Shown: positions 27,539 through 37,751 of the stretch, piece after piece
Layout: each line of letters begins with the position of its first letter
Position numbering within the stretch: position 1 is the stretch's first letter
Origin: a bacterium
Lineage (GTDB): Bacteria; Patescibacteriota; Minisyncoccia; Phycocordibacterales; UBA2100
Direction: 5' to 3'
Assembly: GCA_021781955.1 (NCBI GenBank)
Contig: JAJXVV010000002.1
Coordinates: 74,730-138,729 of the forward strand
DNA: 64,000 nt
Translations under genes and position numbers: made by a program
Notes under the pieces: generated by a model
Database searches by the model: none
What the model was told of the DNA's origin: nothing
The model's input: only the letters and a program-made list of their open reading frames with translations

Positions 27539-27856
27539 ATGAAAAAAGAAGCAAAAGCGGCCAAGCTCACTTTCAAGCCAGCCGGCGACCGCGTACTCGT
27601 CAAGCCACTCGAACAAGCGGATGAAAAAACCGCTTCTGGCATCATCATTCCAGATACTGCGCGCAAAGAAAAGCCCGAGCGCGGCACGATCGTCGCGATA
27701 GGCGAGGGCAAGCGCACCGACAAGGGCGAGCTGCTCCCGGTGCGCTTTCAGGTCGGCGACGAGGTTATGTTCTCAAAGTACGGTTTCGACGAGGTCATCA
27801 TCGACGACGTCGAGTACTACGTGGTCTCGGACTCCAATATACTCGGCACCTTTTAA
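27539..27856 (+). CDS. groES: Co-chaperonin GroES
   Basis: KPAGDRVLV, TASGIIIPDTA and KEKP. Confidence 0.96.
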   Translation: MKKEAKAAKLTFKPAGDRVLVKPLEQADEKTASGIIIPDTARKEKPERGTIVAIGEGKRTDKGELLPVRFQVGDEVMFSKYGFDEVIIDDVEYYVVSDSNILGTF

Positions 27857-27883
27857 TTAACCGTTCCATCACATCTCACTCAC

Positions 27884-29530
27884 ATGGCAAAGAAAGTATT
27901 GTTCGATCAGGAAGTGCGTGGCGCTTTGAAGCGCGGCGTCGACGTCGTCGCCGGCGCGGTGCGCGTGACGCTCGGTCCAAAGGGGCGTAATGTCGCGCTC
28001 GGCAAGAGCTGGGGCGGCCCGACCATCACCAACGACGGCGTGTCCATCGCGAAGGAGATCACGCTCCAGGACAAGTTCGAGGACATGGGCGCCTCTATCG
28101 TGAAGGAAGTTGCCACCAAGACCAACGACAAGGCTGGTGACGGTACCACGACCGCGGTTGTGCTTACGCAGGCGATCATCGCGGAGGGGATGAAGCGCAC
28201 AGCGCTCGGGGCGAACGCGATGATGGTGCGCCACGGCATCGAAGCGGCCGCGAAGGACGCCGTTGAAGAGCTCAAGAAAATGTCGCGCGAGATCAAGGGT
28301 AAGCAGGATATCCGCCAGGTCGCAACGATCTCCGCAGAGAGCGAGGAGCTCGGTAAAAGCATCGCCGACATCGTGGAGAAGGTGGGGAAGGATGGCGTCG
28401 TGACCGTCGAGGAATCGCAGTCCATCGGCATCGAGACCGACTACGTGGAGGGCATGGAGTTCGACAAGGGCTACGTCTCCGCATACCTCATTACCAACGC
28501 CGAGCGCATGGAGGCCGAGGCGAAGGACGCTCCGATTCTCGTCACTGACAAGAAGATCTCTACGGTCAAAGATATCCTGCCCTTGCTTGAAAAGGTGGCG
28601 CAGAGCGGCAAGCGCGACCTCGTCATTATCGCCGACGACGTGGACGGCGAAGCGCTCGCGACCTTCATCGTCAACAAGCTGAAGGGCGGTTTCAACGTGC
28701 TCGCGGTCAAGGCGCCGGGCTACGGCGACCGCAAGAAAGAGATGCTTGCGGACATCGCGATCACGGTAGGCGCGCAGGTCATCTCCGATGATCTCGGCAC
28801 CTCGCTTGAGAAAGCCGAACTCTCGATGCTCGGCCGGGCCAACCGCGTCGTTGCCACGAAAGACTCGACCGTCATCGTCGGCGGCAAGGGCAAGAAGGCC
28901 GCGCTCGAAGAGCGCGTGCAGCAGTTGCACAAGCAGGCGGAACTCACCGATTCCAAATACGACAGGGAGAAGCTTGAAGAGCGGATAGCCAAGCTCTCGG
29001 GCGGCGTTGCGGTCATCCGCGTCGGCGCCGCGACCGAAACCGAGATGAAGTACCTCAAGGACAAGATCGAGGACGCGGTCAATGCGACCAAGGCCGCTAT
29101 CGCCGAAGGCATCGTGCCGGGCGGGGGAGCAGCGCTTGCGAAGGTCGCCGATAAGCTCAACAAAAAGATCGATCCGAAAGCGCACGACGAGTACACCGTG
29201 GGTTACCGCGTGCTTATTTCTGCGCTTTCCGCGCCGCTCTTGCAGATCGCGCAGAACGCGGGGCGTGAGGATGCTGCGGTCGTCTTGCAGGAAGTGGTGA
29301 AGAAGGGCGGCGCATATGGGTTCGATGCCTCCGCCGAGAGCACCGAACCGACTATCGTCGACATGTACGAGGCCGGCATCATCGATCCAGTCAAGGTGAC
29401 GCGCTCTGGCGTCGAGAACGCAGCCTCTGCCGCCGCAGTGCTCCTCACCACGGAAGCGGCGGTCGCCGATATCCCGGAAGAAAAGAAAGCCGCCCCCGGT
29501 ATGCCTAGCGGCATGGATGGGATGGAATAA
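27884..29530 (+). CDS. groEL: Chaperonin GroEL
   Basis: TLGPKGRNV, GDGTTTA, KAPGYGDR and GIIDPVKV. Confidence 0.98.
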   Translation: MAKKVLFDQEVRGALKRGVDVVAGAVRVTLGPKGRNVALGKSWGGPTITNDGVSIAKEITLQDKFEDMGASIVKEVATKTNDKAGDGTTTAVVLTQAIIAEGMKRTALGANAMMVRHGIEAAAKDAVEELKKMSREIKGKQDIRQVATISAESEELGKSIADIVEKVGKDGVVTVEESQSIGIETDYVEGMEFDKGYVSAYLITNAERMEAEAKDAPILVTDKKISTVKDILPLLEKVAQSGKRDLVIIADDVDGEALATFIVNKLKGGFNVLAVKAPGYGDRKKEMLADIAITVGAQVISDDLGTSLEKAELSMLGRANRVVATKDSTVIVGGKGKKAALEERVQQLHKQAELTDSKYDREKLEERIAKLSGGVAVIRVGAATETEMKYLKDKIEDAVNATKAAIAEGIVPGGGAALAKVADKLNKKIDPKAHDEYTVGYRVLISALSAPLLQIAQNAGREDAAVVLQEVVKKGGAYGFDASAESTEPTIVDMYEAGIIDPVKVTRSGVENAASAAAVLLTTEAAVADIPEEKKAAPGMPSGMDGME

Positions 29531-29594
29531 GTCCAGAAGCGGCGGCACACGCTTGCCGCGGCCTTGGGGTAAGGCGTGAGAAGTGGATTCCACA

Positions 29595-29630
29595 GCGCGG
29601 GCCAGCCTTGGGCTGGCCCGCGCCGTTTTC
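29595..29630 (+). terminator. groESL terminator
   Basis: 13-bp stem gcgcgggccagcc-ttg-ggctggcccgcgc followed by cgtttt. Confidence 0.7.
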
Positions 29631-29646
29631 GCGGTACCATACCGAC

Positions 29647-31785
29647 ATGGTTGTGCGCCTACGCCCGGGGTTCCTTGCGGCATCGATACTTGTGTGCGGC
29701 CTGCTGACGCCCGTCGTCTTGTCCGCGCAAACGACGCCGTCTCTGGACTCTGGTCCTGGCGCCAACAGCGAGTGTCCAAAACCAAATGCGGACCAAGGGT
29801 ACAACTCGCAATACTCATGCGGCGAAACGTACCCTGACCAAGGCCTCGAAAAGGTGAATTTATACGGGTGTCCGTGTTCCAACTCGCTGGTGAGGGGCGT
29901 GTGTACCGCCGTGGATTATTGCAAAGGTGAGTCGTGCAAGATAGGGAGCACGTGGGACTCGTGTACCAAACAAAACGGCGTCAGCGGGAGCGCGACGCCG
30001 GGACAGACCTCTTCGCCGACGACGCCCGTAACGTCGCCTCAGCAAAGTGCGAGCCTGTTTCCAAGCGTGCAAACGCCGTCCAATACGATACCGAATATCG
30101 ATACCACGAATGCCGCGACCCCGAACGGCCAGAACGTCCCGCCTTCGCAAGGGTTTTCGTCGTCACCCGACCTCTTTCAATCCGGGCAGTTCACCGCAGC
30201 CGATCTCGGAAAGTATGAGACCGTGCGAACGACCCCGACGGGTGCGGGGTCCGCGAGCGGCTCGATCACGCCGCAGAGCATGACGGATTCGCAGTTCCAA
30301 CTCACGCCCGTTCCAACCGATAGCATTACCCCAACGCCCGTGCGAACGGCCGTCATTGGCGATCAATCCTATGGCGGAAGCAGCGGAGAGTTTACCGGTG
30401 CGCCGGACGCCTCTGCCCCGCAAGCGCCGTGCGCGTCTCTCGCGTCGTACTCATGTTTCTCAAGCGCCGCATCGCAGGTCGGTGGCGCGGTCTCGTATGC
30501 GGCCGATCAGCTGTTCGGCGTGCAAAGCGCGTCGGCTAAGGCCGGGACCGTGTCGCAGGCGTACTGTCTCGCGAACGCCGATTCGTGTCTCGCGCAGGAT
30601 TCGGGGCAAGCCTCGTTCTACGATTCTCGCCTTGGCGGCATCAATTCGAGCGGGCTTGGGCGCACGGCCAACGGCGAAGTGCCCAACATGAACGACACCA
30701 CGTTCGCCTCGCAGCGCTTGCCGCTCAACACGGTCGCACAGGTGTGCAACAACGACTCGGGGGATTGCACGTATGCTCGCGTCAACGACACTGGCGCGTT
30801 CGATCAGCCGAAATATGGTAACCGCATCGCCGACCTGACGCCAGGTACCGCGAGCGAGATCAATGTGCAAGGGCTTGCGAATATCACGATTACGCCGATC
30901 GGCATTTACTCGAGCGGCGCGATGGCCAAACAGGTGACCGACAATCTCAACAGCGGCTCCTCGCTCGGGGATGCGGTCTCGCAAGCTTCCGAATCGACCG
31001 GCGATCGAGCTATCTATACCGTGCTAACGAGCGCAGAGACGTTGCCGTTGAGCACCGATACGCTGCGTGGTTTTACCGGCTACTCGCCTGCGTCGATGAC
31101 GATCGCCGACAACCAGACCAACTGGAACCAAACATCGGCAGGCACCATCACGCCCGAGGCTCCTGTCGTCGTGCCGGATTCGTTCGCCGCGTACGGCCAG
31201 CCGTCCGCGACTCTCGGCACCATTTCGAACATCGACTGGAGCAATCCGCCGTACAGCGCCGCGCCGACGGTCTCTTCGTCACAGCCGATCGCCGACGCCT
31301 TTGCGCCCTTTGCCGGCGACACGAGCGGGCTCTCGCCGATCAGCTCGACACAGCCCGACAGTCGGCAACTCGGCTCTGAGGTGACTCCCGCATACTCGAA
31401 CGCAGGGTACGGCGGCATCGCTCCCGCCACGGAGCCGCCGCCTGGGACCGTCCCGACGCAGGAGAGCATGCCGAGTACGTCGGGGGCGTCGACGCTCACG
31501 GCCGCCCAGCAGAGCGCGATCGCCGAAGTGCAATCGATTGGTCGTAATCTGCAACCCGGCATGAACGGACAAGACGTCGTCGCACTGCAAGATTTCCTCA
31601 AGGAGCAGGGCTTCTTCCCGCAGAACGTGGCCTCGACCGGCTACTACGGCTCTGTTACCCAAGCGGCGGTCGCGGCATGGCAACAGTCGATTGATCTTGC
31701 TGGCGCGACAGGTGCCGGCTATAGCGCTAAGGAGTACGGCTATTTCGGCCCAATCTCTCGCGTCTACGTGAGCACGCTGCGGTAG
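29647..31785 (+). CDS. Large secreted protein: Cys-rich N-domain, RlpA-like (DPBB) domain and C-terminal peptidoglycan-binding domain
   Basis: GQASFY...TANGE...LPLNT...RVNDTG...RIADLT; LQPGMNGQDVVALQDFL...TGYYGSVTQAAV. Confidence 0.8.
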   Translation: MVVRLRPGFLAASILVCGLLTPVVLSAQTTPSLDSGPGANSECPKPNADQGYNSQYSCGETYPDQGLEKVNLYGCPCSNSLVRGVCTAVDYCKGESCKIGSTWDSCTKQNGVSGSATPGQTSSPTTPVTSPQQSASLFPSVQTPSNTIPNIDTTNAATPNGQNVPPSQGFSSSPDLFQSGQFTAADLGKYETVRTTPTGAGSASGSITPQSMTDSQFQLTPVPTDSITPTPVRTAVIGDQSYGGSSGEFTGAPDASAPQAPCASLASYSCFSSAASQVGGAVSYAADQLFGVQSASAKAGTVSQAYCLANADSCLAQDSGQASFYDSRLGGINSSGLGRTANGEVPNMNDTTFASQRLPLNTVAQVCNNDSGDCTYARVNDTGAFDQPKYGNRIADLTPGTASEINVQGLANITITPIGIYSSGAMAKQVTDNLNSGSSLGDAVSQASESTGDRAIYTVLTSAETLPLSTDTLRGFTGYSPASMTIADNQTNWNQTSAGTITPEAPVVVPDSFAAYGQPSATLGTISNIDWSNPPYSAAPTVSSSQPIADAFAPFAGDTSGLSPISSTQPDSRQLGSEVTPAYSNAGYGGIAPATEPPPGTVPTQESMPSTSGASTLTAAQQSAIAEVQSIGRNLQPGMNGQDVVALQDFLKEQGFFPQNVASTGYYGSVTQAAVAAWQQSIDLAGATGAGYSAKEYGYFGPISRVYVSTLR

Positions 31786-31807
31786 GTCTTGCGCTATGAT
31801 GGCGGCG

Positions 31808-33142
31808 ATGGAACGGGTTGGAGGCACCGCGATGCGCGCGGGGTTCGTGCTGGCACTGGTCGTTGCGCTCGCCTGTGTCTCGTTCGTCGTCAATGCGCAG
31901 ACGACGCCAGCCTCGAGCGGAGGTTCAACCCCATCGACAGGCAGCACGTCCGCGAGCCCCAGCAACGATGCCTCGGCCGACAAACAATGTCCTGCGGAGA
32001 CGGCGACCGCGAAGTACAGCAAGAACGAACCGGAGGATCAGCCGTATTCGGAGTATCATGCAGTGAACGGAACAGCCGTCAAGACCGTGATACAAAACCT
32101 TTACGGGAAACCGTGCAATTACTCGATGTCCCAGCAGCAGGTGGTAAAAGGGAAATGTGTCGCGGCGAATGATTGTCGCTGCCGGGATGTGATGCTCATG
32201 GGTGGAACGTTCGTTTCTTGTTCACAGACACCCGGTGTTTCGTCTGGCGTCAGCGCATCGGTCACGACCCCGCAACCCACGCAAACCGGTCCCGTGTACG
32301 TATCGACCGATGGATCGACAGAGTTGCCCGGAATGATGAGCAACCTCCCGGGCTTGAATCCGATAACTCCAATGGACGGATCCAGCGACGGAAGTACGGT
32401 CGGTGATATGAGTGGGAAGGAGAATACCGCCAATGCAGGTGGGTCACAGTATAGCGAAACGACGCCAGCCAATGCGCCGGTTACGACCTCGTTCGGCGGG
32501 TCCACGCAGGCGATCAATAGCTACGCGAATAGTTCCGATTCCGGCAGTGCCGCAACGCCGGGAGACTCAAGCGGCAGCAGCGCGGGAGGTATGAGCGGCG
32601 TGGGCGATGAAGCGGCCTACCAAAACCTCAACCAGCAGGCACAAATGTATCAACAAAATCCCGTGACTACCGGCTGTGCTGCCGACTCGGCGTTCTGCCA
32701 GAAGACGATGGCCGGCGTCGATAACGGCACTATTCGTCTATCCACGAACATCGAAGACAGGCGGTTTGCTGCAGCGCCCATGGTCCAGAACGATCAGCCA
32801 CTCATCCAATTCCCGCTGTCCCCCACGATGAACAACGGATACCTCAACTCCATTTCATTCGACACGCCGAATTATACGTTCCTCGGCCCGACTGCTGCTG
32901 CAGCGCCGTCGAACACGACGTTCTCTTCAGTGGATCAGACTAACGCGCTCGCGTCGGCGATACCACAAAACATCTCGGTGTCCGATTACTATTACCCGCA
33001 AAGCGAAGGGCCGACTCCAGTGAGTGGCGCATTGAGTGGTTCGTATGGCGTATTTCCGAGCGGCGGGGGACCATCGTTTTTCAACGTCATCACATCCCCG
33101 TTGGCGTTCCTTGGTAACTGGTTTGCGGGCCTGTTCAAATAG
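31808..33142 (+). CDS. Secreted Ser/Thr-rich protein with a Cys-rich N-domain
   Basis: Signal peptide; NLYGKPC...VKGKCVAANDC shared with the upstream protein. Confidence 0.7.
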   Translation: MERVGGTAMRAGFVLALVVALACVSFVVNAQTTPASSGGSTPSTGSTSASPSNDASADKQCPAETATAKYSKNEPEDQPYSEYHAVNGTAVKTVIQNLYGKPCNYSMSQQQVVKGKCVAANDCRCRDVMLMGGTFVSCSQTPGVSSGVSASVTTPQPTQTGPVYVSTDGSTELPGMMSNLPGLNPITPMDGSSDGSTVGDMSGKENTANAGGSQYSETTPANAPVTTSFGGSTQAINSYANSSDSGSAATPGDSSGSSAGGMSGVGDEAAYQNLNQQAQMYQQNPVTTGCAADSAFCQKTMAGVDNGTIRLSTNIEDRRFAAAPMVQNDQPLIQFPLSPTMNNGYLNSISFDTPNYTFLGPTAAAAPSNTTFSSVDQTNALASAIPQNISVSDYYYPQSEGPTPVSGALSGSYGVFPSGGGPSFFNVITSPLAFLGNWFAGLFK

Positions 33143-33157
33143 CGTTATGCTTGCCGT

Positions 33158-33718
33158 ATGATACCTACCTATATCATCCTCGCGATCGCCGCGCTCATCA
33201 TCGTGTGGCTCGTCGCGGCCTACAACCGGTTTGTCACGCTCTCGCAGCGGGTGAAAGAAGCGTGGGCGGACATCGACGTACAGCTCAAGCGCCGCTATGA
33301 CCTCATTCCGAACCTTGTCGAGACGGTGAAAGGCTACGCTGCGCACGAAAGCGGCACGCTCGAAAAGGTGACCGAGATGCGCACGGCGGCAATGCAAGCG
33401 ACAGCGCCGGCCGACAAAGCAAAGGCGGAGAACATGCTCTCCGGCGCGCTCAAATCGCTCTTCGCCGTCTCGGAGAATTATCCCAACCTGAAGGCGAATG
33501 AGAATTTCCTCGCGCTCCAGACCGAACTCTCCGACACCGAGAACAGGCTGCAAGCCGCGCGTCGTTTCTACAATGGCGTCGTGATGGACCTTAACACCAA
33601 ACTGCAATCGTTCCCGTCGAACGTCGTCGGCAACACGTTTGGTTTTAAGCCGTCCGACTTCTTCCAGCTCGGCGACGCGGATGCCGCAGCCAAAGAGCCG
33701 GTGAAAGTGCAGTTCTAA
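33158..33718 (+). CDS. lemA: LemA family protein
   Basis: AWADIDVQLKRRYDLIPNLVETVKGYAAHE and YPNLKANENF. Confidence 0.95.
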   Translation: MIPTYIILAIAALIIVWLVAAYNRFVTLSQRVKEAWADIDVQLKRRYDLIPNLVETVKGYAAHESGTLEKVTEMRTAAMQATAPADKAKAENMLSGALKSLFAVSENYPNLKANENFLALQTELSDTENRLQAARRFYNGVVMDLNTKLQSFPSNVVGNTFGFKPSDFFQLGDADAAAKEPVKVQF

Positions 33719-34618
33719 ATGGCAACGCTCTACACGCAACAAAGCCGCAACGTCCTGCGCACGTGGGTGCTCATGGGGACGTTCCTTGTGTTCGTTGTGC
33801 TCGTTGGTTGGTTCGCATCGTACTATTTCAATTCCAACGTCATTCTCTACGCTGCGGTAGCGCTCGCGCTCGTGATGAACGTGTCGGCGTATTGGTTCTC
33901 GGATAAGGTCGCGATCGCGCAAGCACATGCGGTGCCCGCCGACGCGGCGCAGTATCCGGAACTCCACCGCATCGTGGAGAATCTCGCAATCACCGCGGGG
34001 CTTCCGAAGCCGCGCATCTTCCTCATCGAGGACCCGGCCCCCAACGCCTTCGCCGCCGGCCGTGACAAAAACCATGCGGTCATCGCGGTCACGAGCGGTC
34101 TCTTGCAGATGATGAACAAAAGCGAGCTTGAAGGCGTGCTCGCGCATGAGCTTTCGCACATCGGCAATCGCGATATCCTCGTGATGACGATCGCGGTCGT
34201 CCTGGTCGGCGTGCTCTCCATGCTCGCCAATATCTTTTTGCGGGTGAGCTTCTGGGGCGGTGGACGCAACAACGAGCGGGAAGGAGGCAACGTATTCGTG
34301 CTCATCGCCGGCGTCATTGCCATCGTGCTTGCTCCCATCGCGGCACAGCTGATCCAGCTCGCCATCTCGCGCAAGCGCGAATTCTTGGCCGACGCTTCCG
34401 GCGCGCTCCTCACGCGCTATCCTGAAGGGCTCGAGTCGGCGCTGCAGAAGCTCGGCAGCTACCAGGCGCCGATGCGCACCGCTTCCACGACGACCGCACA
34501 CCTCTACATCTCGAATCCGTTCGGCGCACATCCGGCTGGTCAGTGGGTGCAGAAACTATTCTCGACGCATCCTCCCATTCCCGAGCGCATCGCGGCGCTT
34601 GAGGGCATGAACCTCTGA
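33719..34618 (+). CDS. htpX: Zinc metalloprotease HtpX (M48)
   Basis: PNAFAAG, AHELSH, SRKREFLAD and STHPP. Confidence 0.93.
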   Translation: MATLYTQQSRNVLRTWVLMGTFLVFVVLVGWFASYYFNSNVILYAAVALALVMNVSAYWFSDKVAIAQAHAVPADAAQYPELHRIVENLAITAGLPKPRIFLIEDPAPNAFAAGRDKNHAVIAVTSGLLQMMNKSELEGVLAHELSHIGNRDILVMTIAVVLVGVLSMLANIFLRVSFWGGGRNNEREGGNVFVLIAGVIAIVLAPIAAQLIQLAISRKREFLADASGALLTRYPEGLESALQKLGSYQAPMRTASTTTAHLYISNPFGAHPAGQWVQKLFSTHPPIPERIAALEGMNL

Positions 34619-34619
34619 C

Positions 34620-35282
34620 ATGTTCTGGAAACGCCCATCCAACGATCGCGACTGGGCGCCGCAACTCAAGCTTTTGCCGCACGTCGTCTTCGAGCGTGAC
34701 GATATCGTGCGCGTCGAGCACGTGCGCAACGTTACGTACCGCGCCGATACCGGCTTCGACGTCTCGTATAGCGACATTCGCTACGACCTTCGGGCTATCC
34801 GCGCCGTGCGGCTCTTCATACTCCCGTTCCTGGGTTTCGGTATCGCGCACTTGTTCATGCGCTTCGACTTCGAACAGGGCGCGTCGCTCGCGGTATCCAT
34901 TGAGGCACGCAAGCAGCGCGGCGAGAAGTTCAGCCTCAAGTGCCTCGTCCCTGGGCATTTCGAGATCACGTACGTGCTCGCCGATCCCCGCGACGGTTTA
35001 TTGCTGCAGACCGATATCGCGCAGCAGGACGTCCGCGTGTTCGACCTCGCTCTTACTGCTGCGCAGGCGCGCGCGACGCTCGTTGATATGCTGCGCTATG
35101 CCGAACAGCTCGAAACGCGCCCTCGTTTTTACCATCCCTTCGTCCGCGCGTGCGGCATCAATACCGCCCGGCACCTGCGTGCCGCAGGCGTGCCCTTGCC
35201 GCGCACCAGTCTCCACTACGTGTTGCCTGAGCGATTCGATATGGTCTTGCGGCGCCGCAACGTCCTCGCGGCCTCGCATTGA
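34620..35282 (+). CDS. DUF4105 (Lnb-like) protein
   Basis: PSNDRDW, AHLFMRFDF, SIEARK and PRFY...C. Confidence 0.75.
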   Translation: MFWKRPSNDRDWAPQLKLLPHVVFERDDIVRVEHVRNVTYRADTGFDVSYSDIRYDLRAIRAVRLFILPFLGFGIAHLFMRFDFEQGASLAVSIEARKQRGEKFSLKCLVPGHFEITYVLADPRDGLLLQTDIAQQDVRVFDLALTAAQARATLVDMLRYAEQLETRPRFYHPFVRACGINTARHLRAAGVPLPRTSLHYVLPERFDMVLRRRNVLAASH

Positions 35283-35327
35283 GAACCTCTCACGTTCGCT
35301 TCACGGTTCCGCGCATACGCTGTGCGC

Positions 35328-35591
35328 ATGACGTGGGAGTTCAAAGGCGCGAATACCTGGATGGAGAGCAATCTGCAGCGACTGTTCCCAAGATCGCACA
35401 CGGCGGACGATGGCGGGCCGTGGGTGCTCGGGGCGCTTGATTTTGCGATGCGGCGCAAATTCATCGATGAGCATGAGATCCCGCCGACCGGGCAGAAGAA
35501 GTCGTCTCGCGCGCTGCGCATACGATCGGCGATGGACGCGGTCGGATCGGCGTTCTTGCACGACGTTCGATATCCCGTATTGGTCGCGTGA
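35328..35591 (+). CDS. Hypothetical protein
   Basis: ORF filling the gap before the convergent kinase gene. Confidence 0.4.
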   Translation: MTWEFKGANTWMESNLQRLFPRSHTADDGGPWVLGALDFAMRRKFIDEHEIPPTGQKKSSRALRIRSAMDAVGSAFLHDVRYPVLVA

Positions 35592-35594
35592 CGT

Positions 35595-36587
35595 TCACGC
35601 GGCTCTGCTCCGCGTTCGCGGTATGGATATGATCACCCTTGTTCCCTTGCCGACATCGCTTGCGATGCGGATTCTGCCCTCGTGCAGCTCGATGAGTTCT
35701 TTGACGATGGCGAGCCCCAAGCCAGAACCGCCATGGCGGGCATTGTTGGTGATACTGCCCTTATAGAATGGATCGAGGATGTGCGGGAGGTCCTGTGGAC
35801 TTATGCCGCTCCCCGTGTCGCAAATGTGCAGGTGCGCGGTACGCTGCGAGGCCTTCAGGTCGATCGTGATCGATCCGCCTGCGGGGGTGTGGACGATGGC
35901 GTTGCGTATCACGTTGGCCGCGATCTGTTCGAGCGCCACGCGATTGCCCCGCACGATGACGCCGAGCGCGAGGTTCGCGTGCAATTTCACGCGCCGTGAG
36001 TCCGCGAGCGGGCCACACTCGCGTATAGCGAGCGCGATAGCCTCGGAGAACGTGATGTCGAGGAATGGTATCGTGTGCTTGCCAAGGCTTGCCGAAGAGA
36101 TGAGCAGGAGATTGTTGATGATGTCGGCCATTTTTGCCGATTCGTCCGAGACGTGCTCTACGACGGCGAGCAAGTCCTCGCGGGACACGCCTTTCGGGCG
36201 CCGCAGCGCGAGCTCGGTCTCGGTGCGTACGAGCGTGAGCGGCGTGCGCAGCTCGTGGGCGGCGTTCGCGAGGAAGCGCTGCTGCGAACGGAACATCGTG
36301 TTGAGCGGCTTGAGCGAGCGCCACGCCATCACGTAGCTCGCGAGCGCGATCCACAGCGCGATACCGAATGCGACCTCGTAGTTGAAGGGCAGTAGATCGT
36401 TGCCGGTGTTTTGTATGATCGCGTCCACCTGCGCTGCGACCGCAGGCGATGCGTACCTGTCGATCTCGCGCTTGACGTACCAGGTTTGGAGATAATTACC
36501 GAACCACCCCGTCGCGATGAGCACGACGAGGATGGTCAGTCCGTAGAAAATGGTGAGGCGAAGTTGCGCCCTGCTGAAAATGTTCAT
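35595..36587 (-). CDS. Sensor histidine kinase
   Basis: Two TMs, AAHELRTPL H-box, NAIVH, DTGSGI and GSGLGLAIV. Confidence 0.93.
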   Translation of the reverse strand: MNIFSRAQLRLTIFYGLTILVVLIATGWFGNYLQTWYVKREIDRYASPAVAAQVDAIIQNTGNDLLPFNYEVAFGIALWIALASYVMAWRSLKPLNTMFRSQQRFLANAAHELRTPLTLVRTETELALRRPKGVSREDLLAVVEHVSDESAKMADIINNLLLISSASLGKHTIPFLDITFSEAIALAIRECGPLADSRRVKLHANLALGVIVRGNRVALEQIAANVIRNAIVHTPAGGSITIDLKASQRTAHLHICDTGSGISPQDLPHILDPFYKGSITNNARHGGSGLGLAIVKELIELHEGRIRIASDVGKGTRVIISIPRTRSRAA

Positions 36588-37264
36588 GGGCCATCGCCGC
36601 GGAACTTGTAACCGGCGCCGCGCACGGTTTCAAAGAGTCCGCGCGTTCCGCGATCGATCTTGCGCCGGAGATTCTTAATGTGCACATCGATTGTGTTGCT
36701 GAGCGACAAGTCATTGAAATCCCAGAGCTTGTCGTGCAATTCGTCGCGGGTGACGACCTCGTTTGGGTGCGAGAGGAAGTATTCAGCGAGCATGAACTCT
36801 TTGTGCGTGAGTGACACGGCTTCGCCGTCCACCCGCACCTCCTGTGAGCGGCGGTCGAGCGAGATGCCGTCCGATTCCAGGACATCGGGCTTCGTTTCGC
36901 TCGGTCGCCGGAGAATGGAACGCGCGCGCGCCAGTAACTCGTCGAAGGAGAACGGCTTGACGAGATAATCGTCGGCCCCGCTGTTCAGGAGGCGGACTTT
37001 GTCGTCCACCATGTCGCGCGCCGTGAGAATGAGGATCGGAACCGTTACCCCTGCTTGTCGGGCGCTCGCGCACACCGCAAGGCCGTCTTTGCCCGGCAGC
37101 ATGTAGTCGAGGATTATGAGCGCATAATCGTCGCGGTGCATGAGGATGCGGTGTTCGGCCTTTATACCGTCCGTAACGTAGTCGACCGCGAACCCTTCTT
37201 GCTCGAATGCTTTTTGGAGCATTTGCGCGAGCCTCTCTTCATCCTCGACGACGAGCAATTTCAT
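36584..37264 (-). CDS. OmpR/PhoB family response regulator
   Basis: VVEDE, ILDYMLP, GADDYLVKPF and ETVRGAGY. Confidence 0.95.
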   Translation of the reverse strand: MKLLVVEDEERLAQMLQKAFEQEGFAVDYVTDGIKAEHRILMHRDDYALIILDYMLPGKDGLAVCASARQAGVTVPILILTARDMVDDKVRLLNSGADDYLVKPFSFDELLARARSILRRPSETKPDVLESDGISLDRRSQEVRVDGEAVSLTHKEFMLAEYFLSHPNEVVTRDELHDKLWDFNDLSLSNTIDVHIKNLRRKIDRGTRGLFETVRGAGYKFRGDGP

Positions 37265-37315
37265 ATGCCTGCACGCCTACGCGCTAACTATTACATAGGA
37301 GAGCTTCGCACGCCA

Positions 37316-37343
37316 TGCATGAACGCTGCATGAAGGTGCATGG
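37316..37343. promoter_or_regulatory. Tandem direct repeats TGCATGAA (putative OmpR-family box)
   Basis: Copies at 37316, 37327 and 37337 (11- and 10-nt period) upstream of the regulator. Confidence 0.5.
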
Positions 37344-37418
37344 CCGAGGCTTCACAGGAACGTCATGTGGGGGTATGGTAACGAGTAGAGGGTCCATGAC
37401 GTATGGAGGGAGGGTCCC

Positions 37419-37667
37419 ATGGTGGAGTGCATCTCACTTTCCGCTTATCGGGAAAAACGCGCCTTTGATGAGGTGAGACAGCAGCGGCTGCTTATCGAGG
37501 CGCGTCGCGCGTACCATCCGCCGCCATCGCCGCAGGAGAGCGAGCCGCAACGCTATGTCTTGCATAGTGCTCGGAAGTTCCGCGAAGGGGAAACGAAAAT
37601 CATCGACGGACATTTTGCCTCTCCCACGACAGATCATGGTGAGCTGCAGACGGAAGGAAACGAGTGA
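37419..37667 (+). CDS. Small hypothetical protein
   Basis: GGAGG SD, 82-aa ORF. Confidence 0.5.
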   Translation: MVECISLSAYREKRAFDEVRQQRLLIEARRAYHPPPSPQESEPQRYVLHSARKFREGETKIIDGHFASPTTDHGELQTEGNE

Positions 37668-37751
37668 TCTTTATCGGGATGATGAACAAACGGGGCGACC
37701 GACCGGCCGCCCCTCGTCTTTTCAGGGCAGTCGCAGTACAATCCACTCTGT

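Noticed and set aside
27869-29818. 649-aa minus-strand ORF and similar long shadow ORFs (733..1524, 23601..25250, 25325..26830, 32927..34531, 54740..56308)
   Set aside because: Antisense shadows of well-supported genes, expected in high-GC DNA; no recognisable motifs
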